Part shown: piece after piece, positions 10,671 through 18,166 of the stretch
How the letters are laid out: each line of letters starts with the position of its first letter
Numbering within the stretch: position 1 is the first letter of the stretch
DNA from: Nitrospirota bacterium
GTDB lineage: Bacteria; Nitrospirota; Thermodesulfovibrionia; UBA6902
Direction: 5' to 3'
NCBI GenBank assembly: GCA_016208905.1
Contig: JACQXG010000039.1
Coordinates: 3,439-67,438 of the forward strand
DNA length: 64,000 nt
The notes under the pieces: generated by a model
What the model saw: only the letters and a program-made list of their open reading frames with translations
Database searches by the model: none
Told to the model about the DNA's origin: nothing
Position numbers and translations under genes: made by a program

Positions 10671-11036
10671 TGGCTAACACAAATAAATATATTGGAAAAA
10701 AACAGCGCATTATATTCATACTCAATGAATATAATGAGTTTTTTATTTATTCATCTTGAGAATAAATAATACTAACATCAGGTCAAAGCTTATATCAACT
10801 AAAGGTCCTTATATTACTTAAAGAGTATGGGTTAACACTATAGGTCACCATTGCCGGGTTTATGGATGACGCTTTGATTATTAATTGTGAAATATATGTA
10901 TGAAACGGTATAATAAAAAAGTTGAAATTCAATATAGCTGTAGAAGTTATATTCATATCCACTAGGGAAATTCATAGGAAAGAAAATTAACGCTGCATAC
11001 AACACATAAGTGCAGCTATTTTTTAACGGAGATTTT

Positions 11037-13448
11037 ATGGCAAAAGGTTGTTGTGACACAGGGAGAGAACAGCGTATTAAACAATACGATCTTACTGCAT
11101 GGTCTATTGCGGACCCTAATATTAAGGCTTTTAATTCTGATGATGTCTTATACTCCCCTGAATATTTAAAGAAACAAAAAAACGGTATATCTCTTTTTAT
11201 AGACCCTAAGTCGCCAAACTGGATCAGTGTAAATGAGACAGGGGCTGAGGTCATTAAACTTTGTAACGGCAAACGTGCGCTGTCTGATATTCAGGACTAC
11301 ATTTGCGATAAATATAAGGTAACGAACAAAAAGGAAGTCAGAGATGAAATCTCAAAATTCCTGAGCGCAGCAAGATTACTTGAATTCGTATCAAATACCC
11401 AATTTGTAAGACCTGAATATAAGGGAAGAAGCAGTGCGATTGCCCCCCATAAATTAGATGAACTCTGGATATATTATACGCTTGCCTGTAACCTCAGATG
11501 CAGGCATTGTCTTGTAAGCGCCGGAAAAGGCCTGCGAAAGGAATTGACCAATGACGAATTCAAGAAGGTCATAGACGATTCAATTAAGTTAGGGGTTAAA
11601 CGGTTTTACATTACAGGAGGTGAGCCGTTTATAAAAGAAGGAATATTTGACCTTATTAAATATATTACAAAAACAAAAAAACGTGAACTTATTGTTCTTA
11701 CTAATGCCACTCTTTTTGATGACAAGAAAATAGGAGCCTTGAAGAAGTTAGTCAGTCCCAAACTCCTTTTACAGGTCAGCCTTGAAGGCCCGAATGCGGA
11801 AATTCATGACGCGCTTCGCGGGAAAGGCAGTTTTGATAAGGCTGTAGAAGGTATCAGAAAATTAATAGACATAGGTATCACTCCTATTGTTTCAACGGCC
11901 ATCAGTAAGTTGAATGAGAAAGATATTGCAAAAACTTCCCGCTTTCTGTCAAAGCTTGGCATCCAGGAACATAATGTCCTATGGATGCATGCAAAAGGAC
12001 GGGGCGCGAGTAACTTAAGTGATTTATATGTGCCTTCCGATGATATTGCACGGGCGATGAAAAGACTTAAAAAGGAATATAAAGAGAAGGAGATGATATT
12101 TGATAATGTCGAATCATTGAAAGTCCGTGTCAGGACAAAGAGAGGAAGGAAAAATGACCTGTGCAATAACTGTTATGAAAAAATCTGTGTGAATTCTGAC
12201 GGCAATGTATATCCGTGTGCTTCACTCAATGGTGACAAAAATTTCAATGCAGGGTCCGTCCGTAACAAATCACTTAAAGATATCTGGCTGAATTCGAAGG
12301 CCATGGAAAGAGGCAGGAAAAACAGTGTTCAGGACAAACCGGAATGCAGGGATTGTTATCTTGAGTACTTCTGCGGCGGCGGATGCACATCTCATAGTTA
12401 TTATGCATCGGAAGTAGATACAGGAAAGGGGTCCGTCAAGGCCCTTGATCCTTATTGCTCGACGTATAAAGCATTGTTTGAGGACATTATCTGGGAGCTG
12501 GCTTCTGAGGGAGTTACGCCCCAAAGCGGAAAAGGCTACACTTCTCCTCTGGTTTATAATGCTATGGATTCAAAACTGCCCGGTCATCTTGGCGCAGGGA
12601 TTAAATCAATAGATAAGAATTTTGAAGTAGGGTGCTACCATTGTTCATGCGTGCTGTCGGTTGACGTTGAAGATGATGAAGAAGTTTGCAAACCTGAGAT
12701 AAAGGGACATGTGACCAAGACGGTGAAAAAGAAGTTTTCTAAAGCCGCCTATAATCCTGTAGCTGATTACTACTGTCCTACGGGTTACGCTCCCAATGAC
12801 CTGGCGCATATACCGAATGAAGTGCTCGATGTTTCTTATGGATGCGGCAATCCTGCTGCGCTTGCAGACATTAAAGAGGGGGAAACAATCGTTGATTTAG
12901 GCGCAGGTGGCGGCATTGACTGCTTTATTGCCGCGAAGAAGCTCGGGGATAAGGGCAAGGTAATCGGGATAGACATGACCGATGAAATGCTGGAAAAGGC
13001 AAGAGAAAGTGCGAAGAAAGTTGCAACGGTCCTGGGGTACGACATTGTCGAATTCAAGACAGGAAATATCATGGATATGCCTGTTGAGAGCAATTCGGTT
13101 GATCTGGTCATATCCAACTGTGTTATTAATCTTACTGAGGATAAGGCTAAAGTATTGAAAGAAATATATCGAATATTAAAACCAGGAGGGAGGTTTATTA
13201 TTTCGGATATTGTTTCGGATAAACCTGTTCCCGGATATTTAAAGAGAGACAAAGAACTGTGGAATGCATGTCTTTCAGGAGCTCTCACCGATAGTCAGTT
13301 TGAGGCAGTAGCAAAAAATGCCGGGTTCTCCAGTGTAAATATGACGAAAAATTACCTTTATAAGAAAGTTGAATATATAGAGTTTTATTCAATAACCTTA
13401 AAAGGGAGCAAACCACAGGAAGTCAATTGCTGTTGCTCCTGCAGTTGA
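11037..13448 (+). CDS. multidomain fusion: PqqD-like RRE, radical SAM, SPASM and arsenite-methyltransferase (ArsM/AS3MT)-like SAM-dependent methyltransferase
   Basis: The start is refined to ATG 11037, preceded by a GGAG RBS. The RRE reads NETGAEVIKLCNGKRALSDIQDYICDKYKV...ISKFLSAARLLEF. The rSAM cluster is CNLRCRHC, of CX3CX2C form. Cys-rich SPASM segments read CNNCYEKICVNSDGNVYPC and CRDCYLEYFCGGGC. The C-terminal MT domain has YGCGNP, DLGAGGGIDC, ISNCVINL, LKPGGRFIISD and WNAC, conserving the three AS3MT catalytic cysteines. The protein begins MAKGCC and ends CCCSCS. Confidence 0.8.
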   Translation: MAKGCCDTGREQRIKQYDLTAWSIADPNIKAFNSDDVLYSPEYLKKQKNGISLFIDPKSPNWISVNETGAEVIKLCNGKRALSDIQDYICDKYKVTNKKEVRDEISKFLSAARLLEFVSNTQFVRPEYKGRSSAIAPHKLDELWIYYTLACNLRCRHCLVSAGKGLRKELTNDEFKKVIDDSIKLGVKRFYITGGEPFIKEGIFDLIKYITKTKKRELIVLTNATLFDDKKIGALKKLVSPKLLLQVSLEGPNAEIHDALRGKGSFDKAVEGIRKLIDIGITPIVSTAISKLNEKDIAKTSRFLSKLGIQEHNVLWMHAKGRGASNLSDLYVPSDDIARAMKRLKKEYKEKEMIFDNVESLKVRVRTKRGRKNDLCNNCYEKICVNSDGNVYPCASLNGDKNFNAGSVRNKSLKDIWLNSKAMERGRKNSVQDKPECRDCYLEYFCGGGCTSHSYYASEVDTGKGSVKALDPYCSTYKALFEDIIWELASEGVTPQSGKGYTSPLVYNAMDSKLPGHLGAGIKSIDKNFEVGCYHCSCVLSVDVEDDEEVCKPEIKGHVTKTVKKKFSKAAYNPVADYYCPTGYAPNDLAHIPNEVLDVSYGCGNPAALADIKEGETIVDLGAGGGIDCFIAAKKLGDKGKVIGIDMTDEMLEKARESAKKVATVLGYDIVEFKTGNIMDMPVESNSVDLVISNCVINLTEDKAKVLKEIYRILKPGGRFIISDIVSDKPVPGYLKRDKELWNACLSGALTDSQFEAVAKNAGFSSVNMTKNYLYKKVEYIEFYSITLKGSKPQEVNCCCSCS

Positions 13449-13486
13449 GAAATGAGTTTAAATATAAACAAGAGAGGTAGAGATAA

Positions 13487-14968
13487 ATGAGAGTAACTTT
13501 GGTTAACGCACAGGTATTGGACGGCAATAATGTCGTACCCCCTTTAGGGCTTATGTATATCGCTGCCGTATTGGAAAAGGCCGGACATGCTGTCCAGATA
13601 TTTGATTCCGACCCCGAATACCAGGATACCATGCTTAAGGAGATAAAGGAATTTAATCCTGAATTGATAGGATTAAGTTTCCTGACAGTAGCCTATCAGA
13701 GGGCATTTAACCTTTGTAAGACTTTAAAAAAGGAACTGCCTGATGTTACATATTGTGCAGGAGGAGTGCATACAACAGTTAAACCTCATGATACCTTAAA
13801 AGAATTCGACCTCGATTTCATTGTTATTGGAGAAGGTGAAGACACTATAGTTGAAGTATGTGAGAAACTTGCAAAGAAAGAAGGCGTTGCGGGGATAAAG
13901 GGAGTTATGTACCGTGAAAACGGTGTAATTATTGAAAACGAAAAACGTGATATGATTACTGATCTTGATACCATCCCGTTTCCTGCAAGGCACTTAATAG
14001 ATATGAAACCCTACCTGAAGCCGCCGGGAATTATAAGGGGCTATGCTGAAAAGAACCAGACTACCATTGTTACAAGCAGGGGTTGTCCGTTCAAGTGTAT
14101 CTACTGTGGCAGTCATAACATATTTGGCAGAAGGACAAGAAGACGCTCCGTGAAAAATGTTGTTGACGAGATAGAACATCTGGTCAAGAATTACGATATG
14201 AAGGGTATATATTACTGTGATGATACGTTTACTCTCAGCTCCAAATGGGTAAAAGAATATTGTGAAGAACTGAAGAGGAGAAATCTGAATATTAAATGGG
14301 CTTGCCAGTCAAGGGTGGACCAGACCGACAGGGAATTAATGCAGAGAATGAAAGATTCCGGGCTGGTACAGCTTGACTTTGGCGTAGAAAGCGGTTCTGA
14401 AAAGATCCTCAAAGTGCTGGGCAAAGGCGGCGCCGGCGACAGGACATCACAGATAAAACAGTCTTTTAAACTTTGCAAGGAGCTGGATATCAGGACCCTT
14501 GCAACATTTATTATTGGTAATCCTACAGAAACAAGAGAAGATATAGAAGAAAGTTTTCAGGTAGCAAAAGAGATTGATGCCGATTACACAGCTTTTTATT
14601 TCCTGACTCCTTATCCCGGGACGGATATATATAACATGGCCATTGAAAATGGGTGGCTTGACCCTCACGTCCCGTTCTCAGAGATATGGGCGCACAGGCA
14701 GCCGGAGCTCCCATTGATGGCTATAACATTCGGCAAGGAAGAACTCCGGGATATCCGCAGACACCTGCAGAACCAGTTTTTTGTAAAAAATTATCTCAAG
14801 GCTTCGAGCAATATCAGCTTCTACTCGATACTGTTCAGCATTATCTTCAGGCATCCCAAAGTTATTCTGGATTGTCTTGGTAAACTAATCAGGACCCGAA
14901 GAATTGATTATATCGTTGAGACACTTAACGCGGAATACTGGCGGATGAAAAAGTACGAAGGGGCCTGA
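13487..14968 (+). CDS. B12-binding domain radical SAM protein (class B rSAM methyltransferase-like)
   Basis: Has an N-terminal cobalamin-binding-like Rossmann region, an rSAM cluster CPFKCIYC, and a ~16-18-nt gap after the fusion gene with an AGAGGTAGAG RBS. Confidence 0.8.
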   Translation: MRVTLVNAQVLDGNNVVPPLGLMYIAAVLEKAGHAVQIFDSDPEYQDTMLKEIKEFNPELIGLSFLTVAYQRAFNLCKTLKKELPDVTYCAGGVHTTVKPHDTLKEFDLDFIVIGEGEDTIVEVCEKLAKKEGVAGIKGVMYRENGVIIENEKRDMITDLDTIPFPARHLIDMKPYLKPPGIIRGYAEKNQTTIVTSRGCPFKCIYCGSHNIFGRRTRRRSVKNVVDEIEHLVKNYDMKGIYYCDDTFTLSSKWVKEYCEELKRRNLNIKWACQSRVDQTDRELMQRMKDSGLVQLDFGVESGSEKILKVLGKGGAGDRTSQIKQSFKLCKELDIRTLATFIIGNPTETREDIEESFQVAKEIDADYTAFYFLTPYPGTDIYNMAIENGWLDPHVPFSEIWAHRQPELPLMAITFGKEELRDIRRHLQNQFFVKNYLKASSNISFYSILFSIIFRHPKVILDCLGKLIRTRRIDYIVETLNAEYWRMKKYEGA

Positions 14969-15180
14969 ACTGAAGATAAGTAATAATGAAGAAATGGTGT
15001 TGAAATGCAACGAGTTTTCTTTTTATGTCGGAATTCCTTACTCTTGGCATAGAATTTTACATTTTAACCAGGGCTTGAATTATAGGTATCTTTGAAAATC
15101 AAGGACTTTAACATGAGCATAAGTTTTGCATATTTTAATAGGGATTAAATCAATCCAATTTACTATAATGCATTTAGGAT

Positions 15181-15549
15181 ATGCAGATGATTCGAAATAG
15201 GGTAGTGAAGACCGTTGAAATGGAAAAAAGGCGTTCCCAGAGGAAACCTGTGAGTTTAGACGCAGAAGTTTCCTTTGACGGTAAGAATTATCCCGTATAT
15301 ATAGAAAACATTTCCGAGTATGGATTACATGTGATAGCTGCTGCCGGGAAGAAAGCAGTATCTATTGTACCTGAGATGATACTTAAGCTCGAATTTCAAC
15401 CTCCTGCCGGGGAAAAAACAGACCTGCATTACGAGGTAAGATGGGTGCATATCAATAAAACCCCGATACATGGACTGACATACAGAATGGGTATGGATAT
15501 ATCAGATCAATTTTCAGGGCATAAAGACCTTCTTAACATTCTGGAATAA
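15181..15549 (+). CDS. PilZ domain protein (c-di-GMP receptor)
   Basis: Carries the RRSQRKP (RxxxR) and ENISEYGL (D/NxSxxG) PilZ motifs. Confidence 0.8.
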   Translation: MQMIRNRVVKTVEMEKRRSQRKPVSLDAEVSFDGKNYPVYIENISEYGLHVIAAAGKKAVSIVPEMILKLEFQPPAGEKTDLHYEVRWVHINKTPIHGLTYRMGMDISDQFSGHKDLLNILE

Positions 15550-15572
15550 ATAATATCATGCATTAAAATCCA

Positions 15573-15592
15573 GGGCGAGAGTACCTCGCCCC
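15573..15592. terminator. GC-rich hairpin between convergent genes
   Basis: Reads gggcgagagtacctcgcccc and resembles the hairpin at 4055-4073, both ending ...CGCCCCTACA. Confidence 0.5.
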
Positions 15593-15603
15593 TACATTCG
15601 CGC

Positions 15604-16401
15604 TTACAACCCCTGAACAGGCATAGGTGTAAAGGTCAGGACAAAGATTACAAGAGAGATCCAGCCGATAAGCCTTCTCTTTCTGTCTAATTGGATCTCC
15701 GGGTAAACTACTGGTGGATGTTTGTACCCGAGTATTATCATTAGAACAGCCCATATCAGCCAGCCAGGCCAGAATACAAGTCCGAGAACAACGAGAATGG
15801 GAATCATGCTTTTTGAAATCAAGGCATGTTTTTCTCCAAATAGCGCATATGTTATGTGCCCGCCGTCAAGCTGGCCGATTGGAAGCAGATTAAGCGAAGT
15901 CACTAAAAGACCGATCCATCCTGCAAAGGCCACCGGATGTAGTATTACATCGAATTTTTCAGGATCGGCATTTAAAACAATTTTAGATATAAAAGTGAAC
16001 AATAATGAACTGCCGAAGGCAATTCCGTCCTGAACTTCTTCCGCAGGCCTGACCTCGGACAGATGAAGGCCTGCGATGGATGCGATGACGGCAACAATAA
16101 AGCCGCCTATCGGTCCTGATGCCCCGATATCTATGAGTGAACGCCTGTCAGGTATGGGCGGCTTCATTTTTATAACCGCGCCAAAGGTGCCTATTATTGA
16201 GGGCGCTGGTATGAAATATGGGAGAGTCGCAGGTACGTTATGTTTTCGTGACGTCAGGTAATGGGCCATTTCGTGTGTAAGAAGAATAAAGAGCAGAGTG
16301 AGTGAAAAGGGCAGGCCGAGATAGATTTTTTCCGGCTGCTCCCAGGGGATGATGTTGCGCATCAGGGCTCCGGCAGAGAGCGTTGTCAAAAAGGTCTGCA
16401 T
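15604..16401 (-). CDS. site-2 protease family (M50) zinc metalloprotease
   Basis: Has HEMAHY (HExxH) and the downstream NLLPIGQLDGGH motif, and is multi-TM. The start may be the internal Met at about 16362. Confidence 0.8.
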   Translation of the reverse strand: MQTFLTTLSAGALMRNIIPWEQPEKIYLGLPFSLTLLFILLTHEMAHYLTSRKHNVPATLPYFIPAPSIIGTFGAVIKMKPPIPDRRSLIDIGASGPIGGFIVAVIASIAGLHLSEVRPAEEVQDGIAFGSSLLFTFISKIVLNADPEKFDVILHPVAFAGWIGLLVTSLNLLPIGQLDGGHITYALFGEKHALISKSMIPILVVLGLVFWPGWLIWAVLMIILGYKHPPVVYPEIQLDRKRRLIGWISLVIFVLTFTPMPVQGL

Positions 16402-16747
16402 AAAGAAAATTTTCCCAGTCGGCCAGCTTTTTTATCATACTGAGAAGACCCATATTTTTCCAGTCTACTTCCGGAAGTACCTGCTTGATTCCCATCAGCT
16501 TTGCGCCAACCCAGACAGCCAGAGAAGATAATGGCACAATCGTCCATGGATTATTGACGCTTATGCCGATAATTGCAACCAGCCTGTTTAACCGGAAAAG
16601 CCATGCAAGAAAAATCCCCCCGGCATAATGAAGTCCGAGCAATGGGGATATTCCCATAAACACGCCGAAGGCAAAAGCCAGCGCTATTCGATGCGGTGAC
16701 TCTTTAACTTTAAAAATGCTTCTTAATTTATCTCTGAAATAAGACAT
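16238..16747 (-). CDS. DUF2062 family membrane protein
   Basis: ESPHRIALAFAFGVFMGISPLLGLH...AIIGISVNNPWTIVP is typical of DUF2062. Its 3' end overlaps the M50 gene by about 120-160 nt. Confidence 0.6.
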   Translation of the reverse strand: MSYFRDKLRSIFKVKESPHRIALAFAFGVFMGISPLLGLHYAGGIFLAWLFRLNRLVAIIGISVNNPWTIVPLSSLAVWVGAKLMGIKQVLPEVDWKNMGLLSMIKKLADWENFLYADLFDNALCRSPDAQHHPLGAAGKNLSRPALFTHSALYSSYTRNGPLPDVTKT

Positions 16748-16753
16748 AATATT

Positions 16754-16824
16754 AGCTGTCAGCCATCAGCTGTCAGCGTTCAGCTTTTTAACTGACTGCT
16801 GATTGCTGAACGCTTATCGCTGAT
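16754..16824. terminator. heptamer-repeat hairpin at the 3' end of thiL
   Basis: cagctgtcagccatcagctgtcagcgttcagc and gctgattgctgaacgcttatcgctga are inverted, followed by a T-run. Confidence 0.45.
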
Positions 16825-17781
16825 TTTTTTAAAGTGTTCATATCCTTCCGGTTTAAAGAGTGTTTTCTTCCCCTTGCTATCTATGATATACCGGCCTTCT
16901 TTTATTATTTCCCCAATTTTATAATCATTCGTTTTGTAAGTCGGCCGGGCAGTATATAGCAGGGCATAATCTTCACCGCCTTTTAATGCATATTGCACCG
17001 GGTCTTGCCCCATGCTGTTAGATATGGATCGAAGCTCTTCGGATAAAGGAATATTCTCTTTATAAATTATTGCGCCCACCTTGCTTTCATCACATATATG
17101 ACTTAAATCTGCGAGAAGCCCGTCGCTGACATCTATCATGGATGTCAGTTTAGATGTGCTCTTTAACTGCTTAATATCCGGCATCAGATGTTTCTTAATA
17201 AGTTTTAAACGAGGACTGGCCGGGGAGAATATGTGTACCCGTTTGCCCCGTGTTTTTAAAAGCTGTAAGCCAATTGCTGAATCTCCTAAAGTATCCGTAA
17301 TGAATATCCCGTCTCCTTCTTTAGCGCCTGATCGTGAGACGATTCTGTTTGCATTGCCGATGAGTGTTCCGCTCAGCACAAGTCCCTGTCCTGAAGCGCA
17401 GGTGTCTCCTCCGATAATGGCTATTCCAAATTTCCCGGCGATTTTTTTTACCCCAGAATATAACTCATAAATATCTTCCGAATCATAATCCCCCGGTATG
17501 CCGAGACTTACAAGAAAATATTTGGGAGTTCCGCCCATTGCCAGTATATCGCTTATGTTGACGGCCAGAAATTTGTATCCCAGCTGGAAAAATGTCGTGA
17601 ATGAAAGGTCAAAGTGAACATCTTCAATTAACATGTCGGATGTAATCAGGAATTTTCTATCTGTGACTTTTACAACTGCGGCATCGTCACCAATGCCGGT
17701 CAGAACATCAGATAAAGTACCGGAGCATTTTTTTTGTAATTCTTTTATTAGTCCAAATTCACCCAGTTTTGTAATCTTCAT
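16780..17781 (-). CDS. thiL: thiamine-monophosphate kinase
   Basis: AIR-synthase-related fold with IGDDAAVV. The start is refined to the second Met (MKITKLGEFGLIKEL), because the first ATG at 17811 lies inside the 69-bp repeat. Confidence 0.8.
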   Translation of the reverse strand: MKITKLGEFGLIKELQKKCSGTLSDVLTGIGDDAAVVKVTDRKFLITSDMLIEDVHFDLSFTTFFQLGYKFLAVNISDILAMGGTPKYFLVSLGIPGDYDSEDIYELYSGVKKIAGKFGIAIIGGDTCASGQGLVLSGTLIGNANRIVSRSGAKEGDGIFITDTLGDSAIGLQLLKTRGKRVHIFSPASPRLKLIKKHLMPDIKQLKSTSKLTSMIDVSDGLLADLSHICDESKVGAIIYKENIPLSEELRSISNSMGQDPVQYALKGGEDYALLYTARPTYKTNDYKIGEIIKEGRYIIDSKGKKTLFKPEGYEHFKKISDKRSAISSQLKS

Positions 17782-17803
17782 TATTGTATTAACCAGAATG
17801 ATA

Positions 17804-17872
17804 CATTTCAAATAATGCGGATGTTGGAAAATAAATTAATTTTCGATACATTAAACGCAATATTCATTAATT
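17804..17872. repeat. 69-bp dispersed repeat, copy 2, lying 5' of thiL
   Basis: About 94% identical to 7262-7330. Confidence 0.85.
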
Positions 17873-18010
17873 GGAGCGTACACACTTTAATTTAAAGCCT
17901 CATGCATAATTTCTATTATAGTTATCGAGTTAATTAATTTATTTTTCAATGTCTGCATTATTTAGATTAATCACAACGGATTTCAGGGGTTAAGGAGCAG
18001 GATAAAATCC

Positions 18011-18070
18011 AGTTGTTAGTTGTTTGTTTTTAGTTGTTAGTCTGAAAACAAAAAACTGACAACTAACAAC
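18011..18070. terminator. heptamer-repeat hairpin downstream of lon
   Basis: agttgttagttgtttgtttttagttgttagtc ... ctgacaactaacaac are inverted, followed by TTTTTT. Confidence 0.5.
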
Positions 18071-18166
18071 TTTTTTCTCACCTGAATCCCCGCACCCTGT
18101 CTTGACTTACGGAATTAAAGAGGATGTTATTATGTTATGGGATTAAATTCCAGCAATTATTAAAAG

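Noticed and set aside
10899-10964. 21-aa Cys-containing small ORF (MKRYNKKVEIQYSCRSYIHIH) as a candidate RiPP precursor
   Set aside because: There is no RBS, no leader-like region and no conservation evidence. It is mentioned only as a place to look.
10838-11272. 144-aa minus-strand ORF overlapping the start of the radical-SAM fusion gene
   Set aside because: It is antisense to a strongly supported CDS and has low-complexity, AT-driven composition with no motifs. It is likely spurious.
15045-15065. TGGCAT-N5-TTTAC upstream of the PilZ gene, a possible sigma-54 promoter for the rSAM/PilZ region
   Set aside because: This again lacks the -12 GC dinucleotide. It cannot be supported without a TSS or a lineage-specific consensus.
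17782-17875. TPP riboswitch upstream of thiL
   Set aside because: The leader is occupied by the 69-bp dispersed repeat and lacks the conserved CUGAGA and pyrimidine-sensing helices of the THI element.
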